Positions 13,022 through 27,240 of a stretch of DNA of 64,000 nt are shown here, piece after piece. Every line of letters begins with the position of its first letter. The stretch's first letter is position 1. The stretch comes from Octopus sinensis (Eukaryota). Both the position numbers and the translations under genes were made by a program. The notes beneath the pieces were generated by a model that saw only the letters and a program-made list of their open reading frames with translations, was not told where the DNA came from and did no database searches. The DNA lies in NCBI RefSeq assembly GCF_006345805.1, contig NW_021832139.1, positions 1 through 64,000 of the forward strand, written 5' to 3'.

Positions 13022-13929
13022 TCTATAAAACTCAAAATGGCTGTGTGTATTTGTGTATGTGTTTGCTTTTTATGCGTTTCCGCATTTTCATCGGATTTTG
13101 ATGAAATTTTTTTTTATTGAATGACAAATTTACACAGGAAGGTCACTGCCGCCTTATAGATGCCTAGAGATACCCACTTCTAGGAGGAAAATCCATAAAA
13201 CCGAAAGGACCCCCCACCACTTTTTGCCAAAAAATGGCAAAAGTTATACGCGAAAAAATGTTTACAGGAACATCCGATTTTCATAATTTTGGTGTCAAAA
13301 AGAACCGTCTTGTTGCGAAATTTCAGACCAATGTTTTGGCATTGCCTCTGATTGCAAAGCAAATTGCGAAGACCTTTGAAAAAAATCGGTTATTCGCATT
13401 TTTGCAAAGTTACACATTAGAAAACGTTTTACTGGAAAGTCCTATTTCCTTGGTTTTTACAGCTAAAAAAAACCATGTAACGGCGGATCTATCAAGTATC
13501 TGTTCTATGTCCAAAGGCATCCCTGTGCAACAAAACACCGCGCAAAACTGAAAAAATCGATCTATATTCACTTTGCCCCTTTAAACCTTCAAAACCTTCT
13601 CACTGCTTCGGTGGATTGCGTTCAAACTTTATACCCTATTTACACATCCTAAGGATAACCTTCGTATACTCCGATTTGCACAGAATTCATCCACGTATGA
13701 CCAACAATTGAGAAAAACCGAGTAGAAAATCAGTTTTTTCCCCCTTAAATCCCTTATTTTTTACCGAACATGAGAGCCTAGCTTTTTGGCGACAACTTGT
13801 CGGCTTACTTCTCCAAGCAACGTCTCACCGTTGATTACGGTACAGCTCCCTCCGATGCAACTGCTGGTGAGTAAAGATAGAAGAAAACTACTTTCTCAAG
13901 AACTAGTGCAAAGTGGGTAATATCATTAG
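13022..13929 (+). mobile_element. Probable non-autonomous Helitron, degenerate 3' end
   Basis: A|TCTATAAAA start, GT-rich stretch and cggattttgatgaaattt motif typical of HINE-like 5' ends. The putative 3' end gtgcaaagtgggtaatatcattag is degenerate. Confidence 0.45.
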
Positions 13930-14121
13930 CTTTAAATATATGTGGTTCCTCCAGTGATCGTCGTTGTTACTAGTGAGAGTATCTTTTCGTCATAAACTGA
14001 GGAGCGATTACAAATTTGAATGGTCTCGGTGTAGGGAATTGCGTCAAAGTGGATTGAATCTCTAACGAAACGAATGAAAATTAAAGAAACATGAGATGAC
14101 GAGCAGTAATCTTTAAACAAA

Positions 14122-14158
<37 letters not shown>

Positions 14159-14204
14159 CACACACACACACATATACACACAACGACATATATATATATA
14201 TATG

Positions 14205-14236
<32 letters not shown>

Positions 14237-14240
14237 TATC

Positions 14241-14396
14241 GGTAGCCACTACACGCATTTTTTTCTGTCCCTTTCTGTAGAAGAGCGTAGGCTCGAAACG
14301 TAAAATACTTTTTCAATTCCTAAGCGTTATAATAATACATCTGTTTGTTTCCTACACCACCTGTCTTCGTCTTTGTTTTTTTCGTGAACTCTCCTT
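14241..14396 (+). mobile_element. Short PLE-terminus-like element in (TA)n, copy 2, with hammerhead-like motif at 14271-14305
   Basis: Identical ctttctgtagaagagcgtaggctcgaaacgtaaaa motif to copy 1; flanked by (TA)n. Confidence 0.7.
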
Positions 14397-15564
14397 ATAT
14401 ATGTATATATATATATATATATAATGTGACCGCACGTGGAGTGTTGCCGATTTTTCCTTATTTTCCCTGCTTTCTCTTTGGATTTTCCTGTTTCCGACGA
14501 AGAGCTCTGCGCAAAATGTTAGCAACCCTCGTCTTTCACCGAGCGTTAAATTAACGTATTGCTTGTGCACGTTCCCATTTTCGTTTTTTGTTACTGATTT
14601 TCAATTGTTTCTTCTTTGAATTGACTATATTTGTATAGTTGTAACCACTTCCCGTTCACTCATGTTTGAAACTTATCCTTAAAGAGGAAATAACGTTGGT
14701 TGTCACTGGAACATCAAAGCTATCCCTCGGAGTTATTTCCCTTAACGTTAAAACCTTGCCTTCGAACGATATGGCGGTCATTTTTGTTGCCCCTCGACCA
14801 GATCAAGCAGGAACATCTGTCCTATATCTTCGATATTTCATAAAGCCTATATTGGAGACAGTAGATATCCGACTAGCCGAAGGACACCCAGGATTCCTGA
14901 CTTGTGTGCTGCCTAGACTCATTACAGTGTAAGACGTTATTGACCAAAACACATGCGCGTGCTTCTTCTCTGAAAACCTTTTGCTGTTCACCACCTTTGA
15001 TATTTTTTTACCACTTTTCTAGAAGCTCAACAAACCTCACAAGCACTTACTCTGAGTGTCACGTAACCCATCATCAGGCAGAACAAACCAATGTTTTATT
15101 AACTATTATGTCTTCTATTACCATGAACATATTCGAGTCAAGCTATTCAGATTTATTCTGCTTTTACTCGTATTTTGATGTCTATATTAGTTTGCCAATC
15201 GCATTATCCAATATTTTCCATTAATTTGGAAATTTAAATCAGCTTTAAATGCTTATTTGATGAGTTACCAAGTAATTATCACTGCACCATTTATAAACAT
15301 TAATCAATTATTATATTGTATTAATTATAGTTGTTGGGTATACAATTGTCTAATTCATTTATGTCCGACGATCGGTTACGAAAAGTTCTAAATAACGGTT
15401 TGTGAAGATTGTTCAGCTTGAATACAATAATGTGCGCATGTGTCTGTGCGTGTATGTGTGTGTAAAAAAGTGAGAGAGAAACAGAGAGTGTGTGTGTGTT
15501 TGTTTACCTGTCTATTTCTTTCTATGTTTGCATACACTGCTCTTTAGTATAATAATTATACTTA

Positions 15565-15780
15565 AGACGACGAGCTGGCAAAAACGTTAGTATGTCGGGC
15601 GAAATGCTTAGCGGCATTTCGTCCGTCATTACGTTGTGAGTTCAAATTCCAGCAAAGTCGACTTTGGCTTTCATCCTTTCGGCCTCGGTAAAATAAGTAC
15701 CATTTGATCGCTGCGGTCGATGTAATCAACTTACTCCTACCATGAGACATTGCTGGCCTTGTACCAACATTTGAAACTAA
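15565..15780 (+). mobile_element. tRNA-derived SINE family B
   Basis: gacgagctggcaaaaacgttag...gagttcaaattcc...gactttggctttcatcctttcgg...aataagtacc, matching many copies. Confidence 0.85.
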
Positions 15781-16661
15781 TATCATAAAATTAATTTCTA
15801 AATTCCAAGATGTGACTAGAATGGAAAATTTCCTTATCAGAGTCGGACCAATTTTGGAGACTGACAGTCATCTACTTGTTTTGAAAGACTAAATCCGCGA
15901 TCCACATTATCTGGTTGTCTAAATGGCGTTATGTTATTGCAAATAAATTATTGAAGTCACCGAAACCGTTTATGTACTTAAGAACAGCAGAAATTTTTAT
16001 CATTAAATCCATAGTTTTGCGCTTATTTACAGCAACACACTGCATATCCAACAACGCAGTATGTCACGTCTGCATACTTAAGTGAACTGAAGTGTTAAGA
16101 GCCATGCATTTCGCCGTTTGTTACATCGCAACAATGGACATTGCATTACAAATCAGAAAGCAAATTATTTCTGGTGTGGATCATATTATTTAACCTACAG
16201 TAAATCTTTTTACATAAAATTATATATACCTGATACTACGCATACACTTGATTGCGTTTGAAACTTTGACATATATAGTAATCACAAGAAGGATATGTAT
16301 ACGTAGACATTCCATTGGCTCGAAGACTCTGCGAAATTCCTTCAAATTATATGCTACAGGCTTGAAATGGGAAAGGCAATAGATCATACGAAGAGATCTT
16401 TCCCGAGTCATATACAGTCATAGAGCCGGTTTCCCAGTTTCCGTGGACGGGGTGCCGATCATCGCAGGTTTACTCTCTTTTGCCAGCTGAGTGGAGGGCA
16501 CAAGGCGTCTGCCAGAACAGGAATCGAAATCCCAATCTCAAAATGACCTTATCACTAAGCACTGCGTCGCTATATAGATTATATAGAGCTAGATATAAAG
16601 AAAGCGACGTATATTTACGGCGGAAATGACTCTTGTCAGAGATCTGCATCATTTATAATCA

Positions 16662-17187
16662 CTAGGGTTTTCCACAGCAAACATGTTATATAAATCAACT
16701 CCCTAACTGAAACCCTTTCTGAAATTTATGTTCGATTTAGCTTTGTTGTTAAACGAAAAAACACCTGTAAGATTCAGAATAAACATGGGCTGTTTTAATC
16801 TTCCTATATCAGGATACGAGCAGAAGCACCCCCCCCCATCCAATAGACGGTGCTGAGTTGTCAAACATCTAAACCAAATGTCCGAACGTCCGATAGGTCT
16901 CTCCTTTGAGAAACACTGATTTAACCTAAATTTGAGACACCAGCAAAATAAGAAATAAAGATAGACTTTTTTCTATTCCAAAAAAAAAACGATTTTACAC
17001 ACGCACGTTCCCACGGCTTTATCGATCGCATTCTCACCTGGAATCGATTTTTGTAATTTTTCAAGACTTGTACATGCCTTGATACAGTCGGTATCTACAG
17101 ATCAAATTTGAGCGCAATCGGATGGAGGATGCCCGAGATCGTAGAAGACACACACACAGACAGACAGAACGGATTTTATATAATAGA
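16662..17187 (-). mobile_element. Non-autonomous Helitron (minus strand)
   Basis: Minus strand A|TCTATTATATAAAATCCGTTCTGTCTGTCTGTG...ATCCGATTGCGCTCAAATTTG start; CTAG|T end at 16662 with a degenerate hairpin. Confidence 0.6.
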
Positions 17188-17735
17188 TTAGACAGTCAAT
17201 GACTCTTACTTTCCTAAACTCTGTGACATCTACAAGTTTAAGAACCCTTCAGTTTATCGATTCTTATATTTGAATAATGTATAATACAACTAAATCGATC
17301 AATGTATATTTGGTTGGGGTACTGGGTTGGATCTCCATCATTCGATGACGAGGATTCAGTTACTTGATCGAATGTATCTCCTTCGCCTGAATTAAGGTAA
17401 AAAAATTATCTGCAAATGGTTGATGGATTTACTGAAGCTTTTACACTTAACCTGTATTCCCTGTCAGAATCCACATGACAGAATTTAAGCTGAGGATGCA
17501 CCTTGTAATTTCAGAAACGACCCACCAGAATGGGTTACAATGTAACTGGCGTCTACCTAATTTCACTTACATAGTATGGGGGTGACAGGATTATATGTAA
17601 AGGGGTATTTTGGTCAAACGCCACTGAGTAGAAGAAAAAAACCCTTTACATCGTAGTTGCAAAGCGGTCATCTGTACCATTGTTATACACTACGCCAAAT
17701 AAGCATTTCTTATCTATCTATCTATCTATCTATCT

Positions 17736-17814
<79 letters not shown>

Positions 17815-17907
17815 GTTTGCCTGTCTAGCTAGGTATCCTTATATACACGCACTCGATATATATATATATAAATATATATATATATAATATATATATATAT
17901 ATTAATA

Positions 17908-17948
<41 letters not shown>

Positions 17949-19343
17949 TATATATATATAGATATATATATATATATAGATATATATATATGTATATGTA
18001 TATATTTATACCCACACATGCATATACATATATACACACACGTATATACACATACTAATATATCTATCTATCTATATATGTATATATATAAATATATATG
18101 TATATATATGCATGCTTACACAGACAGACACAACCACAGTCACACACAAACACACAAACGCACACACATAAACACGCACGCAAGCAATATATGTATGTAC
18201 ATTTATCCTGTTTTTAAATTTCATTTCAGGATATGAGTGAAATTGTGCTGTTTCAGATGTGACAGAAACAATTTCAGTTGTTTAAAACCTTTTCGTATTT
18301 GTAATAAAATAATACATCCCTAATCCCGGATTCTCAAAGTTTTACTCCACCTCACTATAATATATAAATATGCGCGCGCACACACACACACATACACACA
18401 CACAAACACACACACACACATACATACGAACACGCCCGTATTTAAATCCATTTCTTCCCTCTCTATATATATGCATAAATACACATATATATATATATAC
18501 ACACAAACATACATGAGTGTGTTTTTGTGTATATATATTCATATTCATATCTATCTATCTATATATATATATGTGTGTGTGTATACATATATATTTATAT
18601 ATACGTATGAATATATATGTGTGTATATATATGTATATATATATACATACATATTTATATAGATATATACTTATATATACATGCATATAAGTACGTATGT
18701 ATGAATATACGTATACATATATATATATGTGTGTGTGTGTGTGCTTGTATATGTGTATATATGTGTTTGTGTGTGTATGAGTGTATGCTTGTGTGTGCAT
18801 GTGTGTGTGTGTGTGTGTATATGTATATAAGTAATCTTCAACGCGGGACCTTAATCGTAAAACCAACTTCATTCTGCCACGTGCCAAGATGAAACTGTGA
18901 CACACAAGTGTGTAGTGGATGCGCGCACTCGACAAAACAGATGGCGCTTGCATTATACGCCATCGATTGGGCTCGATAAGGATAAAGACGAGCAAAAATA
19001 AATGACAAGCATTATATAATGTATAAAATTAGAGAGAACACACGACGTTTCATGTATGAAAAGAGGAAAGAGTGTAGCGTATTTGTTATGTGTGTGACCG
19101 AAGCAGTTAAAGTTGGAACAAACGATATGTGCAGCGAAAGGATTAGCAGATTAATCCACTTTGAATGGCTAATAAAAGCAGGAAACTTAAGTCGAGTTCT
19201 GTTTAATAAAGGATTCTTAATGCAGAAACATTGTTGTTGCGTCTTAAGTGCATTTAAAATCCGTCATTTTCGGTAAATGTCTTATGTATATAACAATGCA
19301 TGCCTGCATGCGAAGATATGAAGGCATATATTCATCCATGAAC

Positions 19344-19397
<54 letters not shown>

Positions 19398-19544
19398 CTC
19401 ACTCTCTCTCTCTCTGTATATATGAATATATACGTATATATACACACATACATACATATATATAAATATACACACACATATATATATATGTATACATACA
19501 TGTACATGTATGTGTATATATATATATATATATTTATATATATT

Positions 19545-19606
<62 letters not shown>

Positions 19607-20107
19607 TCTACGTATGTGAAAGCACGCACGCGCAGGGGACGTATTTATTCATGTATGTAGGAATGCGTATGCGTATATGTATTGCTATACACCACCGCAC
19701 CACACGCACCTGCCGCATCCACATACTCACTGTCACACACACGCGCGCACATAGTCTTTTATGGGACTGCATTCTTTTGAACGCATATAATATTTACGCT
19801 TCTATGTGGATGTCCTGTCCTTGTGTATCTATCTTTCCATTTACTTATCACAATACCTTATCAGACTCTCTATGTATGCATATTAGTATGTATATATATA
19901 TATATATATATATAAATATGAACGTATGGACTCTACGGCAGATACGACATACATATGTACATAAGTACATGCACGCAACATACACACACAGGCGAACATG
20001 CAGACACATACACACATATATATACATATATATACACATATATAGACAAACGCAGACACACACAGAGGCACTCATCCCCCATATATATATCTATCTATCT
20101 ATCTATA

Positions 20108-20161
<54 letters not shown>

Positions 20162-20349
20162 CACGTAGATGAGTTTATAGAACGTTTACTTCTTGTTAGA
20201 GTGTATATTGGTAACAAGTGGTAAAGGAGTTTTGTCTAATATTTGTGTTCCTATATATGTGTATATATATGTATGCTTATACTCACAAACTATGTGTGAA
20301 TGCGTGTGTGCGTGCGCGTATATGTAGGTGTACACGCACGATGTCATTG

Positions 20350-20383
<34 letters not shown>

Positions 20384-20504
20384 TTATGAGTACAAATTCA
20401 CACGCTACTACACACACACGAACATCAACAGATAAACGGGTGCTTGGGCATAATACACACTCACAAACTCACAGACAACACAGACCCTCACAGACACAAA
20501 CATA

Positions 20505-20585
20505 GGCACACACACACGTACGCACGCAGGCACAGACGTACGCACGCAGGCACAGACGTACGCACGCAGGCACAGACGTACGCGC
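20505..20585 (+). repeat. 20-bp minisatellite (acgtacgcacgcaggcacag) x ~3.5
   Basis: Direct reading. Confidence 0.85.
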
Positions 20586-21252
20586 GTATATTTACTCAAC
20601 ATGCGAAGCACGCACTTACGTAATCGCGTGTGTATGAATGAATGCATTGTCCTCTTAAATGTAATACTCGAATATTCTGATTTAAGATGGATGACGTAGA
20701 ATAGGTTGTAAGACGAAAGCGGTAAAAAACGGGAGAGGGCGGCTGGCGGCGAGGCGGGAAAAAGAAGAATCATGATTGTCTTTCAGGAGTGGCTGATTGT
20801 TTCACCGTCCTTTGTAAACACGTGTACATATATTTGTGTATGTGTGTGTGTTTGTGTGTGCGAATGTGTACCTGTGTGTGTGTCTGCGTGTATACAGTTC
20901 ACTTTGATTAGTCTTTTTGTTTTTGTCTTTACAATTATTTAAGAATAGAAAAAGAAGACGAATGCTCCTACCTATGAACATTGTTCTTTCATTCCAATTT
21001 TAACCGTATCTATCTATCTATATAGACGTATAGGGATTCGCGTTTGTGTGTATAATAGGCATGTAAGCATATATGTATGTATATTTGTATGAACGAGTTA
21101 TACACTGCGGTAGTTATCATGCGAAAAAATTCTTATATTGGATTCTGGCGCAAAATGCACTCTTGTTCATAACGTGTTTTTTTTGGGGGGGTGGGGGGTG
21201 GGTGGCTAAACCGCCGCCACTTCCACTGGCATCAGTGTATATTTGTATTTAT

Positions 21253-21295
<43 letters not shown>

Positions 21296-21458
21296 TACAT
21301 ATATATCGATACATATATATATAGATACACACACAGACATATATATATATATATATATCCGTAATAATGAAGGGTGAAATTAATTAATTTGGAATAATTA
21401 TCAATTACACCAAGTAGTCTTCGGCATGTAAAAGCCTCATTTGAGGAAAATTTAAGTA

Positions 21459-21837
21459 ATACTAAGCAATAAGGGTTCAGCAACGAATTGCCTTACCACA
21501 TACCGAATTTAGAAATAGCAGTCAAAGGGTTATAGCTATTTCTTCTACTAAAAAGGGAGATCTCAGTAAAAACAGCAATTGGAAGGCTGACACAAACAGG
21601 TAAGAGAGAATGAATTAACCGCAATCTATCAAACGTTTTTAAAGTTTGGATAACTTTAAAAACGTTTGATAGATTGCGGTTAATTCATTCTCTCTTACCT
21701 GTTGTTGCAGTCAGCTTCCAATTGCTGTTTTTACTGAGATCTCCCTTTTTAGTAGAAGAAATAGCTATAACCCTTTGACTGCTATTTCTAAATTCGGTAT
21801 GTGGTAAGGCAATTCGTTGCTGAACCCTTATTGCTTA

Positions 21838-21841
<4 letters not shown>
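21459..21841. repeat. Long near-perfect palindrome (~190-bp arms, 5-nt spacer tggat)
   Basis: 21459-21646 is the reverse complement of 21652-21841, except for a small patch near 21585-21597 / 21700-21715. Confidence 0.95.
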
Positions 21842-21875
<34 letters not shown>

Positions 21876-22224
21876 GTATATAAAAATATATAAATATGTA
21901 TATTCAGAAACATACACCTGCGCGCGCGAGCATTGGTGTGTGTGTGTGAATATTTTTGTCCGTGTCGTTGTATTTCTCTACATTAAGGTATTATATATTT
22001 CAGGTTATATTTCTAGAAAAGTTTATATATTTTAGCTGTTCCCATGATTTTTTTTCATTTTCGTTTTCTAATCAGTCTCATCCTTCCTATTTTTCCCTTT
22101 TTTTTTAAAACCCCTCTTCACAATTAATTTCGTTACATACCAACCTACCGCAATAACTATAAGATATAAATCTAAACCTAATGCCATAATGTAATATCAT
22201 CAGATTTCTTCAACGTCTCATACT

Positions 22225-22710
<486 letters not shown>

Positions 22711-22859
22711 ACCTTTCTTTCCATATATACTTTTCTTTCCAATAATGTTGAACATTCTGTTAAAGGAATCTTTCAATTGATTAGTCGTGCTCTTCCGTAG
22801 CTACTACGGCAAGGATGATAATCACTTTTCAATTAATACATAATATTAATAATGTTTTC

Positions 22860-23075
22860 TCATTAGTAATTTCAACTTTTGGCACATGCCAGCAATTTCG
22901 AGGAGGCGGTAACTCAATTACATCGCCCTCAGTGCTCAATTAAGTCTCATTTTATTGTCCCCGCAAGAATGAAGCATAACATCGACCTGGGCGGATTTTG
23001 AACACAGAGCGTAAAGACGGACTAAATGCTGCTAAGAATTTTATCTGGCGTGCTAATGATTCTGCTCGCCGCTTT
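22860..23075 (-). mobile_element. SINE family B, diverged
   Basis: Reverse-complement match to the family B head and core. Confidence 0.7.
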
Positions 23076-24161
23076 ATATTTTCTAATTGTTAAATGAAAT
23101 AAATATATCCTTATGTATTTCTTACATTAATTTTACTTAAGTAAATTATGTTTCTATCACATTTATCTTTTAATCGGAGATTGCTTAATATTCGTATATA
23201 GACGCTATTTCAATGTAGTTGTATCTCTTCAGTTCAACAATGTTAGGAATGTAGGATTTATCTAACACTACATTATATTAAAATCCTAGCCTAGCCTAAC
23301 CAGATTAGCATAATATTACATCATATTAAAATCCTAGACTCACCTGACCAGAATAACATAACTAACAACCATTAATTTGAACGAATTTCATTGATGAAAC
23401 ATTAAAGAATTTCCAGCCATTCTCCATCTTTTGGCTGTTAGAGTCAATCGCAGTTTGTGCATCTCAAAATATTACATTTATGATACCCTCGATTATATTT
23501 AACTTTATGTTACAGAATTAGAGATCATGATGTGCGCTTAACCACAAATGTATTTTATGATTTATTTATATTTCTACGTTGAATATATCAAAAATTACTG
23601 AAACCATCCCTGTATGAAATACAACGCCAATTATATACTGGGCTCCTTCCTCTTAAAAATATGTTATCCGGCGCCATGGAGTATACAGCAACTTGTAACT
23701 CTTTTATTATCTTTGAATATTTTGTTAGAATTTTATTTTTCTGAACGACATCTACTAAACATGGGGTATGCAAACGTGCGTGGAAATATTCGGTTTACGG
23801 TAAGGCGTAATACACTCGTAGTAGCACTTGAGGTAATGATGAAAGTTGAAGGTTAAGGTGTCGGAGTTAAGTGTTAAATTTATAGGATTAGGTGATAGGA
23901 TTATAGTTACAAGAAGAAAGAACTGAATATGCGAATTTCCTTTATCAATAAATCGTAATGTCAAACCCTTAAGAGTTGTAAAAACGGAACTTTTTTCTCC
24001 ATAAATTAAAATTATAGTGACGAGCATAATAAAAATTGCACAGGTCAACAATATAGATTATATACACACACACACATATATATATACAGATAGCTAGCTA
24101 GATACAGACACTAGCTAGATACAGACACATACATCTATAATACATACATATATATATATAT

Positions 24162-24207
<46 letters not shown>

Positions 24208-24252
24208 TGTGTGTGGTGTATATATATACATAAATATGTACATATATATATG

Positions 24253-24313
<61 letters not shown>

Positions 24314-24355
24314 GTGTGTGTGTGTATATATATATATATAAATATGATATATATG

Positions 24356-24387
<32 letters not shown>

Positions 24388-24420
24388 ATTATATATATAT
24401 ATATATATACATATATATAT

Positions 24421-24461
<41 letters not shown>

Positions 24462-25130
24462 TATATACATATATAAATTAGAGAAAAACCACTATTATGC
24501 ATTTATATACATTTATTCATATACACACATATACACACATATACACACATGTATGCTCTATCATTCATTTTAAAGTGAATTCCTGAAATGCAAATAATGT
24601 CCTAAGAAGGAAAATAAAAATATGAAACTGTTAAATCTGTAACTGTTGCATATGATATAAACAACGGGCTTAAAATAATATCCTCACGTAAAATTAAGTG
24701 GTTATATTTCCGGGTCAATGCCGGATGACCTTTGGTAATAACGAAAAATTATCGCCATTTCTTTGAATTATATTCTCTCTACAGCGAGTTGATTATTTTC
24801 GTAGTTTTTAAGAACTCCACGTTACGGAAGACATATTTATTTACATATAATATAACCACTAAAATTGCAAACGATGTTTCATGCCACGTAAGGCGATTAT
24901 GATAATCCTGCATTATTTGCAAAGCTTAACTCGTACTTGACATTATATATTTATTTGTCGCACAGTAGCAAAATTGTAAAAGCACACAAATCGAAGTTGC
25001 TTTCCCATAAACATCACCCATTCTGTCTCCCAGCCTACAATTTGTTCTCCTACTTGAATATTGTCATCAATTCAAAAGTGATTTGCTCAGTACGTGATTG
25101 CGTGACGAGAATAAACTTGCATCCTCCCAT

Positions 25131-25131
25131 A

Positions 25132-25198
<67 letters not shown>

Positions 25199-25200
25199 CA

Positions 25201-25236
<36 letters not shown>

Positions 25237-25238
25237 CA

Positions 25239-25287
<49 letters not shown>

Positions 25288-25304
25288 TATTATTATTATT
25301 ATTA

Positions 25305-25367
<63 letters not shown>

Positions 25368-25428
25368 TATTATTATTATCATTATTATTATTATTATTAT
25401 TATTATTCCTGTCATTATTATTATTCAT
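25131..25428 (+). repeat. (ATT)n microsatellite
   Basis: Direct reading. Confidence 0.95.
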
Positions 25429-25655
25429 AAAGTGTCTTTTTTTTTGTGTGTTTGTGTATCCAGTTTTAGATTTAGACAGAATACTGTTTTGATTTCTGTC
25501 ATAAATTGTAGTACCATCACTTCTACCCGTAATACTTCCATCTCTATTAATGGGTTCATGTAATCTCGTAACGTTTTGCTTTGAATCAAAAAAACATAAA
25601 GAAGCGATTGCAATTTATTACGTTGGACCTTCTTCTACGTAATTACTTAGAGAGG

Positions 25656-25696
<41 letters not shown>

Positions 25697-26344
25697 AGCT
25701 AACCAGATTACGTCAGTGAGTATCTCCCACCATTAAAAACATTTTACAATCATAATGTTCTTCACCTTAAGTACATCTGTTGCCTTTCATTCCATCAAGT
25801 AAGAATTATTCCAAATCCTTATAAGTGCATTTTACATCAAACACTTTTGCTTCGTGTAACGGCGCCATCCAATGCTGTATTTCTTGTTGTTTATCCCCCA
25901 TGCCAGCTCTGATAGAAGAGACCTTTGAAGAAAGGGATTTCAGCCATAACTTCTGCCATTTTTCTTCAGCCGAGGGATTCTAGTTTCTAAAACATTCTTA
26001 GGTAAATTACCTTTATAGTTTAAATTCATTAATATTTGAGTTGGTATTACTAGGGATTTGAGAGACCACATTAAGGCATCCACGTTGGCATTTCAACATG
26101 GACATTCATGTTTTCTTCAACTAACGGGACCTAGATTCTAAAACTAGATTATTCGATGTATCCTTCTGTTTCAAATGCAGTTCAGTAATATTTGAGTCAA
26201 TATGGTGTCTCTTTCTAGAAAGTCGAAATGTTGTATAAACTCATTATCATTCGCATTTTAACTTTGAAAATACCTTTGGTCTTCAACTTACAGCAATCTA
26301 GATTCTAGAAACATACTAGTCCTTTTGTCATTTAATATATTTAA

Positions 26345-26490
26345 TGAAAATTCCTCCAAGGCCGACTTTTCTTTCATTATTTCGCGGTTGATAAATCAGA
26401 TATAAATTAAGCACTGGGGTCGATGTAATCGACTTACCTCCTCCACCCCCGAAATTGCAGGCCTTGTGCCAACATTGGAAACCGATATTT
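26345..26490 (+). mobile_element. SINE family B, partial
   Basis: aattcctccaaggccgactttt...gcactggggtcgatgtaatcgac...ccttgtgcc. Confidence 0.7.
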
Positions 26491-26856
26491 GGAGCGTAAT
26501 GGTTATTATTTCTAGAAAAACATTAGAGCACATACACACACTCACTTGCTGACCCTTGGACCAACCCTTAATGTATCGGAGGTATTATCAAATGCTATCC
26601 ATACATGATCATAGACCTTTGTTATAATGACCATGATTGTATCTAGCACTACGTTACCTAGGTGTCTCCCTTAATTTTTGTTAAGCTCTATAGTGTTTTC
26701 AGGTTGGTTTAGTTATTACATTTAGCGATTAAGCTGGCGCATTGTCATTGGTTCGAATTGATGCGGCATTGTCCTAATATGCAATGCGTGCTTACAGAGA
26801 GGAATGTGTCGGAGAAATCGATATTTTTGTTTAGCCATTGATCAATCCTAATGGAA

Positions 26857-27240
26857 TCTCTCTATATATAAACGGCAGTTTGTCTGTCTGCGTGTCTGTG
26901 TGTCTGTTAGTTTGTACCCTCACCCTGACCACTGCTTTCAACCGATTCTGATGAAACTTGACACACACATAGCCCAATGTCATAATTCAAAACTAACGCA
27001 GCGAAAATTTTGAAAAGTTCCCCCAGTTCTGAAAAAAATCGATAAATTCGACATGGGGTCGAGAATCAGAAACACAAACCACAGATTGTCTAGGGAACGC
27101 AACTCGACCTTTTTAACTCTCAAAAAAAATTTAGCATAATTTTTTTTCCATTTTTTTGCTATTTTTTGGCTATAACTCTCTAAAAATGCTTTATAGTTAT
27201 TTTCCTTACAAACCCGAGCAACGCCGGGCGATACTGCTAG
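26857..27240 (+). mobile_element. Non-autonomous Helitron, family H1 copy 2
   Basis: A|TC start, CCCG-agcaacgc-CGGG hairpin, CTAG|T end; highly similar to 7035-7419. Confidence 0.88.

Noticed and set aside
15050-15085. Hammerhead-like CUGAUGA on the minus strand
   Set aside because: The GAAA half of the core is replaced by AGAG and stem II is broken; a decayed PLE motif at best.
21405-21445. Hammerhead-like motif beside the palindrome (minus strand ctcaaatga-ggc...gcc-gaag)
   Set aside because: Both core halves are non-canonical without compensation.
24700-24735. Possible Helitron 3' end (tccgggtcaatgccgga...ttggt)
   Set aside because: The terminal CTAG is degenerate and no matching 5' end was found.
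25198-25585. Minus-strand open frame QNVTRLHEPINRDGSITG... running into poly-N
   Set aside because: No donor site; the frame stays open only because it enters an (AAT)n tract.
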